Shown here: piece after piece, positions 1 to 8,036 of the stretch
How the letters are laid out: each line of letters starts with the position of its first letter
Position numbering within the stretch: the first letter of the stretch is position 1
Source: Synechococcaceae cyanobacterium
GTDB taxonomy: Bacteria > Cyanobacteriota > Cyanobacteriia > PCC-6307 > Cyanobiaceae
Assembly: GCA_046342735.1 (NCBI GenBank)
Contig: JBKDOZ010000070.1
Location: 1 to 45,007 of the forward strand
Reading direction: 5' to 3'
DNA length: 45,007 nt
Notes under the pieces: model-generated
What the model was told of the DNA's origin: nothing
The model's input: the letters and a program-made list of their open reading frames with translations, nothing else
The model's database searches: none
Translations under genes and position numbers: made by a program

Positions 1-705
1 ACCGCTCACCTCCAGGCTGAGGGGGGTGCCGTAGCCGATGGTCAGGTCCGCCTCCGCCCGCCCTTCCCAGAGGTCGCGCCGGTAGCGGTTCATGCGCACC
101 GGATCGTTCCAGAGGCCGATGCGCCGCAGGCCGGCCTCCACGCGTGGGTAACTGTTGGCCGGCAACGCCAGGCTGGGGAAGCGGGCGATATCGGCCAACG
201 ACAGACGGCTCTGCCGCCGGAGGGGATGGTCGGGGGCGGCCACGAAAAACACCGGCATCGAGGAGAGCACAAGCGCGGTGAGGTCGGGATCGTCGGGATC
301 CGGCAGATCGGGCAGGCCGGTGAGGAAGGCATCCACGATGCGATCGCGCACCAGCTGGAGATTGCGAGGGATGCCCACGATCGAGCTCAGCCCGAGGATC
401 CAGCCCGGCGGCGTGGGTGTCGCCAGCAGCGGCCCCGACCAGTAGGTGGCCTCCAGCCGCAGCGGCCGGTGCCCCACCCAGCGGGCCGTCTGGTGCACGC
501 GCCGCTCCATCTGCAGCAGGGTGGCGTCGCCCACCACGTGCCATTCCCCCTCCCGCCGCTCCAGCCGCAGACCGAAGCGCCGCAGGCAGCGCTGCGACTG
601 CCGGCTGATGGTGGAGGCGCTCACCCCGAACCGTTTCTCCACCTCCTCGCCGGTGCGCAGCCACTGCAGGCCATCGAAGGCGGCGAGTGTGTCGAGATCA
701 ATCAC
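1..705 (-). CDS. LysR-family transcriptional regulator (3' end outside window)
   Basis: Not in the ORF track because it has no stop in the window. My translation from GTG at 705 gives MIDLDTLAAFDGLQWLRTGEEVEKRFGVSASTISRQSQRCLRRFGLRL (LysR HTH-like) and later PVFFVAAPDHPLRRQSRLSLADIARFPSLAL (LysR substrate-binding motif). The frame is open to base 1. Confidence 0.85.
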   Translation of the reverse strand, partial: MIDLDTLAAFDGLQWLRTGEEVEKRFGVSASTISRQSQRCLRRFGLRLERREGEWHVVGDATLLQMERRVHQTARWVGHRPLRLEATYWSGPLLATPTPPGWILGLSSIVGIPRNLQLVRDRIVDAFLTGLPDLPDPDDPDLTALVLSSMPVFFVAAPDHPLRRQSRLSLADIARFPSLALPANSYPRVEAGLRRIGLWNDPVRMNRYRRDLWEGRAEADLTIGYGTPLSLEVSG

Positions 706-724
706 CGTGGGCGGCCGATGGGGG

Positions 725-1021
725 TCAAGAGAGATCCAGATCGCCTTGCACCGGGACCCAGCGCTGCAGGCTCCAGTCGACGCCGCCGCTGCGCACCATC
801 GGATCCTCACGGATCAGGGCTTCGGCGCTGGCATGATCCGCCGCCTCCAGCAGCAGCAGGCCGCCGCCGCCCGGTTGCCCTTGGCTGTCCACCAGGTAGC
901 CGCTGCTGACCCGCACACCCCGCGCGCGCAGCTGCCCCACCCAGGCCTTGTGGGCTTCCAGGTGGGGCCGCATCACCGCGTAGGGCTCGCGGAAAGTTTC
1001 GTGCTTAAGGAACCAGGGCAT
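725..1021 (-). CDS. YciI-family protein
   Basis: MPWFLKHETF...RPHLEAHKAWV...SSGYLVD...GGGGLLLLEAADHASAEALIREDPMV matches YciI motifs (H, SG, GG, DP). ATG at 1021 preferred over 1057. Confidence 0.85.
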   Translation of the reverse strand: MPWFLKHETFREPYAVMRPHLEAHKAWVGQLRARGVRVSSGYLVDSQGQPGGGGLLLLEAADHASAEALIREDPMVRSGGVDWSLQRWVPVQGDLDLS

Positions 1022-1149
1022 GGCGTGATTCTGGGCGCATTCTGCCGCATAGCGCATGGGTGCCCCGCGCCAACCAGCGCCACCCTGCTCAGCGCCGGGC
1101 GGTAAGGGGCAGAACGCAGAGAAGGGAATCGCCGACTACGGCGGCCATG

Positions 1150-1174
1150 AAAAAGCCCCGCCGATGGCAGGGCT
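1150..1174 (-). terminator. Rho-independent terminator after PEP-CTERM-like gene 1
   Basis: Minus strand reads AGCCCTGCC-ATC-GGCGGGGCT-TTTT, 22 bp after the stop at 1197. Confidence 0.7.
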
Positions 1175-1196
1175 GGGGAGGCAATCAGGGCTGCAA

Positions 1197-1881
1197 TCAG
1201 GCCTGGGGTAATGCGGGCACACCAGCGCGCAGCCCATAGTGCAGACGGCGGCTCCAGCCAAGAGCGGCACCAGCGCCAAGCAGGGGCAGAGGGCCTGGAA
1301 CTACAGGATTAGGTGCATTAGGGGCGTTAAAGTTGCTGATGGTGGTGGAAGCACGTCCACCCGTAGAATCGTCGATTGTTGCCTGCCTGAATCCAAATGC
1401 ATCTCCCGGGAGCAATGAAAAGGATGCTGAGCCGGATTGAGTAGCTGCGCCCGAGTTGTTGGTAAGCTGCGTAAAACACCGCTTAGCAGATAGCCGAAGG
1501 GGTCAAACGCGGGTCCCTAGCGTCTAAGGATGTATAATTCCAGTTGAAGCTTACGGTTCCGGAGGATGGCGCTGAGATCGTGAAATCTGTGAAGTTCAGA
1601 ATCTCGGTATCAGCTGCATTATTGACGCTTGCCAAGGTAATGGTGGCTGGGGCCCCGCTTGTGTCGATCGAGCCGTCCCCCCCAATGCTTTGGGTCCAGT
1701 TGGCCGGCGCGTAAGTGCCAGCAAATGTCGTTAAGGCTTGAACGGGACTCGTGGCAAGGCCAAGAGTTGCTCCGGCAAGGGCGAGCGCGGGCAACAGCTT
1801 GAACAGGCCTGCAGGCTGACTGCCGGTCTTCCGATTGCTGGTGTTGGCCGATCGAGAATGGGTGGGCTGCGGGCAGGTCAT
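1197..1881 (-). pseudogene. PEP-CTERM-like (VPGPLP) secreted protein with two frameshifts
   Basis: Signal peptide LLPALALAGATLGLATSPVQA and C-terminal VPGPLPLLGAGAALGWSRRL. Restoring one base near 1520 and one near 1474 joins ORFs 1483-1881 and 1197-1415 via ...GPAFDPFGYLLSGVFTQLTNNSGAATQSGSASFSLLPGDAFGF. Confidence 0.8.
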
Positions 1882-2222
1882 GAGAGGAAGAATAGGCGAA
1901 GCTTATCGCGAGACTTACGGATTCCTCTAGCGAAAGTTAGATAATTATTTTCTCCCAAGGGGGTAGACGCTTTTGAAAGTGTAAGCCCCTTTTATTGGGT
2001 ACGAGTTCCCGAGCTTGGTTGACAGAATCAACGGTTGCGATCGGCGGCTGCAGCCGCAGGGTGAGGCCGCTTGGGCGAGGAACCAGCCTCAGAGCACGGG
2101 GGGATCGAGCACAAACGCGTTGGTTGCGATTGCCGGGTTCAATGCGGGCCCTTCCGGGCGAGCGCCTGTAGGTCACCCTCCACAACGACGCCAGTCCGCT
2201 CTAGAACCAGGGGCCACTTTCT

Positions 2223-2256
2223 CGTTGCAGCGCTGCGGCCATGGCTGAGCCGCTGG
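2223..2256. repeat. 34-bp imperfect-palindromic direct repeat, copy 1 (downstream of mazF)
   Basis: cgttgcagcgctgcggccatggctgagccgctgg; 33/34 identical to 3027-3060. Confidence 0.9.
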
Positions 2257-2289
2257 GCAGACTGGAAACCGTGCCGAGCTCCTGGTGCG

Positions 2290-2673
2290 CTACAGCACAA
2301 ACCCCAGAATCTGCCCCACGATCTCCAGCACCTGGTCCAGCCTATCGTTGTTGAGGGAGCCCATGGGATGGGGCCGGGCACCCCGGGCCTTCCAATCGAA
2401 GGACTTGATTTGGTGGCAGAGCACAAAGCTGTGGGCCTCTGGCCGGTCTGGAATCGGCCCCAGATCCACCGCCAGGGAGGAGCCGCGGTTGTACGCCGCC
2501 GATGTCATGGCGCATCCCACCACCAGTCCCACCGAGGCATGGAAGGGGGCGGTGGAGAGAACCAGAAAGGGATGGTGGTCTTTCATCTCGCTTCCGGCCT
2601 GGGGGTTGTGGTCGATCCAGATCACCTCACCCCGATCCGGCACCCAGGGGGCTGAAGGCCGCAGCGGGGTCAT
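2290..2673 (-). CDS. mazF: PemK/MazF-family endoribonuclease toxin
   Basis: WVPDRGEVIWIDHNPQAGSEMKDHHPFLVLS...GLVVGCAMTS...VLCHQIKSFDWKARGA is a MazF/ChpB pattern. The start overlaps the antitoxin stop. Confidence 0.92.
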   Translation of the reverse strand: MTPLRPSAPWVPDRGEVIWIDHNPQAGSEMKDHHPFLVLSTAPFHASVGLVVGCAMTSAAYNRGSSLAVDLGPIPDRPEAHSFVLCHQIKSFDWKARGARPHPMGSLNNDRLDQVLEIVGQILGFVL

Positions 2674-2930
2674 TCGATGACCTCTGTCCCGATGGAATCC
2701 CAGGCCATCGCTTCAGTGGCTTCGCCTTCCATAGGTGTGTAGATCGCCAGTCGCTCCGCCAGGGAGAGGCGGGGCTGGACGGGGCGGACCAGCACTCCAT
2801 CGGCCACCACCTTGAGTTCCACGGTCTGGTTGTCGTGAAGCCGGGCCTCACGGGCGATGGCGGCGGGCAAGCGCACCCCGAGGGAATTCCCCCAGCGGCG
2901 CAGTTCCTGGCGAGGGGGCTGGGGAGCCAT
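2670..2930 (-). CDS. mazE: AbrB/MazE-family antitoxin
   Basis: MAPQPPRQELRRWGNSLGVRLPAAIAREARL (WGNSLxxRLP motif) with a C-terminal W...G.E pattern. Real start taken as ATG 2930, not 3191. Confidence 0.9.
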   Translation of the reverse strand: MAPQPPRQELRRWGNSLGVRLPAAIAREARLHDNQTVELKVVADGVLVRPVQPRLSLAERLAIYTPMEGEATEAMAWDSIGTEVIE

Positions 2931-2940
2931 CCGGTGCCGT

Positions 2941-2964
2941 ACGTTTAGACGTAAGTCTAGACAT
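2941..2964. promoter_or_regulatory. Inverted repeat, likely MazEF autoregulatory operator
   Basis: acgtttagac-gtaa-gtctagacat (8/10 arm match), 10 bp upstream of the mazE ATG. Confidence 0.6.
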
Positions 2965-3026
2965 CTGTGCAAGGGGCGTGGCCAAAACCGGCTGATCACG
3001 ACCTGTGCCACAACCAGCGGCTGTCC

Positions 3027-3060
3027 CGTTGCTGCGCTGCGGCCATGGCTGAGCCGCTGG
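3027..3060. repeat. 34-bp imperfect-palindromic direct repeat, copy 2 (upstream of mazE)
   Basis: cgttgctgcgctgcggccatggctgagccgctgg. The outer arms ccagcggct (3014-3022) and agccgctgg (3052-3060) are perfect complements. Confidence 0.9.
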
Positions 3061-3132
3061 CAAGCAGTTCGGCGTGTTCGGTGGGCGTGAGTACCAGGGC
3101 ATCGCAGCTGAGGGGCAGCTCCGCTAGGGGAC

Positions 3133-3240
3133 AGGGCCACCCGCTCCAGGCCCGGATGTTCTGCCGCCGCCTGGGCCGCCCACTGGCGCACCTGGTTCAG
3201 GATCTGCTCGGGCTCAGGTCAGCGCAGCAGCGATGCTCTG
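3133..3240 (-). pseudogene. Minimal nucleotidyltransferase (MNT) antitoxin, N-terminal remnant
   Basis: RASLLR*PEPEQILNQVRQWAAQAAAEHPGLERVAL: TGA sits where the family has W, and the sequence breaks off before the GS..DxD motif. Confidence 0.55.
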
Positions 3241-3503
3241 GAGCCTGCCGAAATGGTCGGTCGGGGCCCCATCGGGCAGGCTATCGGGGTAACGCGTCGC
3301 GGGATGTAAAGGGCATCAAGGATGTGCAAGCGGTCCTCCAGATCGCTGACGCTCGCCGCCAGGGCGGCGCTGACGGCCGGCGGCAGATCGCGGCAGGAGC
3401 GCCCGAGGCCGTGGCCCCACGCCTGCTGGCCATGGCGCAGGTGCAAGCCCATTCATGGTGGCCGGCGGCGGCTGGTAGCTCACCAGCACCCCGATCCAGC
3501 TGA
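3214..3503 (-). pseudogene. HEPN-domain protein remnant
   Basis: Pieces in shifting frames: AAAGHHEWAC / LHLRHGQQAWGHGL...LDALYIP / TRYPDSLPDGAPTDHF. These are typical HEPN motifs (EWAC, WGH, YIPTRYP). The usual QAxEKALK segment is missing. Confidence 0.75.
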
Positions 3504-3740
3504 TCACGGCGGCGCAATCACATGGAGATGGGTCGCGCTGGCTCCGGGCATCTGCTGGGCCGGCTGAGCATTGGGATAGGCGGGCTGCGCCATGATCCTC
3601 GCCACACCGGCTTGGGTGAGTGGGCAGGTAGCCCAGCCCTGGTTGAGATTCCGCTCCAGCCAGCGGCAGGCGAATGGATGCAGCACGTGCCCACTGTCGA
3701 GTAGGGCGATGATCACATTCACATCCAGCAGGGCCCGCAT
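3504..3740 (-). pseudogene. vapC: VapC PIN-domain toxin, C-terminally truncated
   Basis: MRALLDVNVIIALLDSGHVLH...WATCPLTQAGVARIMAQPAYPN. Only 78 aa, and lacks the distal conserved aspartates. Confidence 0.8.
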
Positions 3741-3981
3741 CAAAGACCTTGGAGGTCGCGCAATTGATCGATCTGTTCGTTGCTTGCCAGGAATTGATCG
3801 CTTGCCGCAAAGGGACGGAATCCTGCCACCACCGCAGCGCCAGAGCGCTGGGCTGGTGGCTCCCCGCTCAGGGCAGACGCAACAGCTTCGAAACCACTTG
3901 CCCAGCCGAAATCCCCTGCTGGCGCGCCAACTCATTAGTGGCGGCCAATACATCGGCCTCAATGGCAAGGGTGGTTCGCAC
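3740..3981 (-). pseudogene. vapB: VapB/CopG-type antitoxin with one frameshift
   Basis: MRTTLAIEADVLAATNELARQQGISAGQVVSKLLR, then a frameshift near 3874, then ALSGEPP...AGFRPFAASDQFLASNEQIDQLRDLQGL*. TGATG overlap with vapC. Confidence 0.75.
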
Positions 3982-4001
3982 GGCCGGCAACCTAAGAGTA
4001 T

Positions 4002-4023
4002 GCATCATGGCATCAGCGCATCA
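4002..4023. promoter_or_regulatory. Three GCATCA direct repeats, possible RHH-antitoxin operator
   Basis: gcatca at 4002, 4010 and 4018 (8-bp period), 20 bp upstream of the vapB start. Confidence 0.45.
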
Positions 4024-4233
4024 AGTCGCCTCGGCCCCTGCTCACGCCCATGCCGGCCAGTCCCAGATCGGCGCAGAGGGCGCTGCGCCTCCTGCCGTTC
4101 CAGAGACCCTTCGAGTGGATCAGGCCCGGGGCGGCCTGGAGCGCCTTAGCGAGATCACTCGGAGCTGGGTGGCCTGGCAGGACTCACGGAGGCCTCCCAA
4201 AAAGCACCGCCGATGGCAGGACCGAAAAAGGAA

Positions 4234-4700
4234 TCAAGGCGGCAAGCAGGCCTGGGGCGGGGTGCGCTGAGAAGTGGCGATGCTTTGGCACAGGCGGCGG
4301 CTCCAGCCGAAGGCGACACCAATGCCAAGCAGGAGAAGGGGAGCGGGGACGCTGGGGGAGCCCACAATGAAATGGATCGTGTCATTGTCGGACTAGCCAT
4401 CGGAGCCATTGGCTTGAAGCGTCCAGGTGCCCATCAGGCCGGCTGACGTGATGCCAAAAGAGGCAAAGGTTTGTCCTGCGAGTACTGATTCGGAAGTTGC
4501 GGGGCCACCCGTATGCCGTAGATCCACGATGAACTCCTGGCTTTGCAATGCTCCCACTGAATTTCCGCTGGAGGTATTGGGTTGGATCTCAATTGCGCTA
4601 GGAAGATGGGCTGTGCCTGCCAAGATTTAAGTCAAAGAGATTGGCGGCGACGGGGTCAGTCCCGGGCAGGGCGAACCAGATGAGCTTGCATAAGAAGGGT
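4234..4700 (-). pseudogene. Second PEP-CTERM-like protein, decayed
   Basis: ...GQTFASFGITSAGLMGTWTLQANGSDG*SDNDTIHFIVGSPSVPAPLLLLGIGVAFGWSRRL. In-frame TAG at 4393-4395; the 5' end is eroded and that boundary is approximate. Confidence 0.7.
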
Positions 4701-4838
4701 AGGAGGAAGAAAGGACACTCCACAACGGACCGGGTATGGCGAGAGAGCCGTTTCCGCGGATCACCAGGCACCCTGCCGATTCGACAATATAATCACTGGC
4801 CTTTGCGGGGCCCCGACGCGGTCTGCCTCACGATCTGC

Positions 4839-6386
4839 TCACCCCGCTACAAAACTCCCGTGCAGGCCGTGCGGGATCGCCAGGGGCAGCTCCAGCACCG
4901 CCGCCTCACTCAGATCGGCGGCGTTGAGGATCACCAGATCGCTGGCGCAGCGGGCGCCGTTCCAGACCACGCACAACACCCAGCCGTCGTCTTCGGCCGC
5001 GTCCTCGCCAGCGGCGGCGGGCCTGGGCACCATCACCGGCTCGCTCACGAAGCCCCGCGGGGCGGCGCTCCACACCGTGCGCTCGCCGCAGATCAGATCG
5101 AGCTTCTTGATCGCCTGCAGCGGGTCGTTGCCGCTTTCGCGCTCCGCCACCGCCATCCACGCGAACCGGGCCGGCAGACCCTGTTGCCGGGGGTTCACCA
5201 TCGCGAACTCGCAGCAGCGCTCGCTCAGCCGCGTTGTGCGCACCGTGCCCTCGCCCAGGTTGAGGCGGCACTGCTCGAGCAATCCCTCCGGCAGCAGGTC
5301 GAAGTCAACGGCGCGGAAGTCGGTGTCCGGGCCGATCGAGGGGAAATCGGCGTAGTAGATGCTCTCCACCACCACCTCCTCGCCCTCCTCCCAGGCGTTG
5401 AGATGGTGGAACACGAAACCGTCGGGGGCATCGAGGATGCGGGGCGGCTGGCCGGCGAAGGCGCCGCCATCGCGGGGGATCAGCCAGAACTTGGCCTGCC
5501 CGCCGGGCTTGGACGCCAGGCACTGGGCCGCCCCCTTCTGGCCCAGCAGATAGGGCAGCGGGTTGAAGGCGATCGCGTTCTGCAGGAACACCGCCCAGTT
5601 GGGGGTGATGGCGAAATCGTGCAGGAAGGCGAAGCCGTTGAAGCTGTCGCGGCGCTCGCTGAGTAGCCGGCCGGCGGGCTCCCCGTTGGGGCCGGCGCTG
5701 GTGGCGAATTCCATCAGCCGGATCGTGCTGCGGGGGCCGGTCTTCACCCCGAAGGTGACCATCCGCGCCGCTCCGTGGTGGCCGGGATCGAAGCGCGGGT
5801 GGGCGCTGAAGGCCTCGCCCGGCCGCAGCACCCCTTCCAGCAGCGACAGGCCTCGGGTTTCGAGGGAGTCGGGATCGAGGGCGTGGGGGGAGCTGGCCTC
5901 CCAGAGCGCCAGCAGCTGGTCGCCGAGCCGCACCACGTGGGTGTTGGCGATGTTTTTGAGGCGCAGGTCGAAGGCATTGGCCAGCAGCCCGCCCGCTTTC
6001 TGGCTGCCGAACACGCCGCGGTACAGGGTTTTGCCGGCCTTCTCCTCCGCCAGCCAGCCCTCGGTGCGCACGAAGCGGTTGCGCAGCTGGGCGTTGCCGG
6101 CGCCAAAGCGCACGGCGGTGATCATGCCGTCGCCGTCAAACGGGTGGTGCACCCACTGACCGCCGCGCTCCAGCCGGCCCGGTCCGTTGCGATACAGGGT
6201 GCCGTGCAGCTCCGCCGGGATGGTGCCCCGCACGGCGGTGAGCGGCACATCGTCGAGTTCGACGGTGACGTTGCGGAAGGCGCTGGTCCAGTCGGAGCGG
6301 CTGTAGGCGGCGCTGCTGGGGGAGGGGCCGTGGGCGGAGCCGCTGCCGGGGCTCTCGGGCCGGGATGGGGCAGGGGCTACGGACAT
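4839..6386 (-). CDS. Carotenoid/apocarotenoid cleavage oxygenase (RPE65/ACO/lignostilbene dioxygenase family)
   Basis: GTLYRNGPG, HPFDGDGM, KNIANT, the Fe-ligand His motifs FSAHP, FLHDF, FVFHHLNA and HGLHG, and EPVMVP...EDDGW. Confidence 0.95.
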   Translation of the reverse strand: MSVAPAPSRPESPGSGSAHGPSPSSAAYSRSDWTSAFRNVTVELDDVPLTAVRGTIPAELHGTLYRNGPGRLERGGQWVHHPFDGDGMITAVRFGAGNAQLRNRFVRTEGWLAEEKAGKTLYRGVFGSQKAGGLLANAFDLRLKNIANTHVVRLGDQLLALWEASSPHALDPDSLETRGLSLLEGVLRPGEAFSAHPRFDPGHHGAARMVTFGVKTGPRSTIRLMEFATSAGPNGEPAGRLLSERRDSFNGFAFLHDFAITPNWAVFLQNAIAFNPLPYLLGQKGAAQCLASKPGGQAKFWLIPRDGGAFAGQPPRILDAPDGFVFHHLNAWEEGEEVVVESIYYADFPSIGPDTDFRAVDFDLLPEGLLEQCRLNLGEGTVRTTRLSERCCEFAMVNPRQQGLPARFAWMAVAERESGNDPLQAIKKLDLICGERTVWSAAPRGFVSEPVMVPRPAAAGEDAAEDDGWVLCVVWNGARCASDLVILNAADLSEAAVLELPLAIPHGLHGSFVAG

Positions 6387-6449
6387 GGGGGCGAACCGGG
6401 CGGTGCCCCCATCATCACGTTTCGAATCGTGAAGTGCGGCCTGTTGGGG

Positions 6450-6638
6450 TCAGTCCTGGCAGGGAGCCGGATCTTCCCAGGTGCAGGGGGCCTCCAGGCA
6501 GGGGGCCGGGCCGGCGGGTGCGCCTGTGGTGGCGGCCGTGGCGGGGTTGGCGCAGGGCTGGAGGGTGGCGGCTTGGCTGGGGGCGGCAACGGCCACCAGG
6601 GTGGCGAGGCCGGCGCCGATCAGGAGGGCGGAGCGCAT
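6450..6638 (-). CDS. Small putative secreted Cys/Pro-rich protein (62 aa)
   Basis: Signal-peptide-like MRSALLIGAGLATLVAVAAPSQA, four Cys. It fills the hisB-oxygenase gap in the same orientation. Confidence 0.5.
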   Translation of the reverse strand: MRSALLIGAGLATLVAVAAPSQAATLQPCANPATAATTGAPAGPAPCLEAPCTWEDPAPCQD

Positions 6639-6729
6639 GGTGTGGAGCGCAGAAATCTTCCCTGCACGCTAGGGCGCCTGGTGGGATCCTGGCCAGCCTG
6701 CGCCAGCCGCTCCTCGGCCAGCGCTCGCC

Positions 6730-7338
6730 TCAGCCCGCGGCCCCCGCCCGCTCCAGCACCCCCTTGCTGCTCGGCACCGCTCCCGCCCGGCGCGGATCGA
6801 TCTCGGTGGCCATGCGCAGGGCGCGGGCGAAGGCCTTGAAGCAGGCCTCCACGATGTGGTGCGAGTTCACCCCATCGAGCTGGCGGATGTGCAGGGTGAG
6901 GCCGCTGTTGTTCACCACCGCCACGAAGAACTCGCGCACCAGCTCGGTGTCATAGGTGCCGATCCGCTGGCCGGGGATCGTGAGCCCATAGCTGAGGTGG
7001 GGACGGCCGGAGCAGTCGAGCGCCACCTCCACCAGCGCCTCGTCCAGCGGGGCGGTGAAGTGGCCGAAGCGGTGGATGCCGCGGCGCTCGCCCAGGGCCT
7101 GGGCCAGGGCCTGGCCCACGGCGATGCCCACGTCTTCGTTGGTGTGGTGATCGTCGAGGTGGGTGTCGCCCACGGCGCTGATCTCCAGGTCGAGCAGGCC
7201 GTGGCTGGCCAGCTGGTGGAGCATGTGGTCGAGGAAGGGCACGCCGGTGCTCACCTGGCACTGGCCCGTGCCGTCGAGATCGAGGCCGACGCGCACATCG
7301 GTTTCGCCGGTGACGCGGTGGATGGTGCCGGTGCGCAT
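6730..7338 (-). CDS. hisB: Imidazoleglycerol-phosphate dehydratase
   Basis: [51 protein letters not shown]. Confidence 0.98.
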   Translation of the reverse strand: MRTGTIHRVTGETDVRVGLDLDGTGQCQVSTGVPFLDHMLHQLASHGLLDLEISAVGDTHLDDHHTNEDVGIAVGQALAQALGERRGIHRFGHFTAPLDEALVEVALDCSGRPHLSYGLTIPGQRIGTYDTELVREFFVAVVNNSGLTLHIRQLDGVNSHHIVEACFKAFARALRMATEIDPRRAGAVPSSKGVLERAGAAG

Positions 7339-7449
7339 GGGTGCGGCCTCTGCTGGGTGCCGGAGGGGGCGGCGGAGAGAAGTGCCCCGATCATGGCGAA
7401 GCGGGGGCGGGCTGGCTCAGCCGTGCCCTCGCCCGAGCCTTCCCCCAGC

Positions 7450-7697
7450 GGCCGATGGCCAACAGATCGCAATGGCCCCCACCGGAGGCGACACCAGCTC
7501 CCGCAACAGCCTCCTGATCACCCGGCTGCAGCTCTGGGCTTTCGCCTGCCCGATGGCTCCGTGCTCAGCCCCGATGCCTCTGTGTTGCGGGAGAAGCGCT
7601 GGCAGGCCCTCACGCCGGAACAGCACCGCAGCTTCCCGAAGGAGGCGAGCTGTTCCTTGGGCTGCGGCTGGAGCTGGCTGAACTCTGGGTGGTGTGA
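7450..7697 (+). pseudogene. Uma2/DUF820 endonuclease remnant with internal deletions
   Basis: ADGQQIAMAPTGGDTSSRNSLLITRLQLWA / FRLPDGSVLSPDASVLREKRWQALTPEQHRSFP / EGGELFLGLRLELAELWVV*. The PD..VE core is missing. Confidence 0.8.
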
Positions 7698-7702
7698 GCG
7701 GA

Positions 7703-8036
7703 TCAGGGCTGATCCTGTTGGCCCTGATCACGCAGATCTTCGTGGAGGTTTGTGTGATTGAGCAGGATGTCGATGATGCCCTCACGCACGTCGGGAGAGT
7801 TGAGAGCCTGGGGTGCTCATCACTGGATGAGCGTCGAGGGCGCCGATGATCGCATCCAGCAGCGCCTTGCTCCGATCCGCTGAAGGGGAAAACTGCTTCT
7901 TGCTGTTGGCCGCAGCCTGCTGTTGCAGGGTTGACGACTCCATCAGCTTGCCGCGAATCACGGAGCAGATATAGGGAATTTTGTCGTTGTCAGCGAGCTC
8001 TCCACTGAACAGCTCATTGAGCTTGGCGATGATCCA
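7703..8036 (-). pseudogene. hsdR: Type I restriction enzyme R subunit, C-terminal fragment
   Basis: IIAKLNELFSGELADNDKIPYICSVIRGKLMESSTLQQQAAANSKKQF...LLDAIIGALDAHPVMST, then a frameshift to QALNSPDVREGIIDILLNHTNLHEDLR. This resembles the tail of HsdR proteins. Confidence 0.65.

Noticed and set aside
340-347. GCGATCGC (HIP1) octamers here and scattered elsewhere
   Set aside because: A common cyanobacterial genome-wide motif; no special clustering noticed.
2223-3060. 34-bp repeats as a CRISPR or IS ends
   Set aside because: Only two copies, 804 bp apart, in direct orientation, with no transposase.
2931-3191. 173-aa version of MazE
   Set aside because: Chance read-through from the MNT remnant across the repeat and operator.
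3741-3968. 154-aa ORF 3504-3968 as a full VapC
   Set aside because: The PIN motif starts at ATG 3740; the upstream part is the antitoxin gene read in another frame.
7700-7785. Plus-strand PIN-like fragment (ILLALITQIFVEVCVIEQDVDDAL)
   Set aside because: Better explained as the antisense of the frameshifted hsdR C-terminus.
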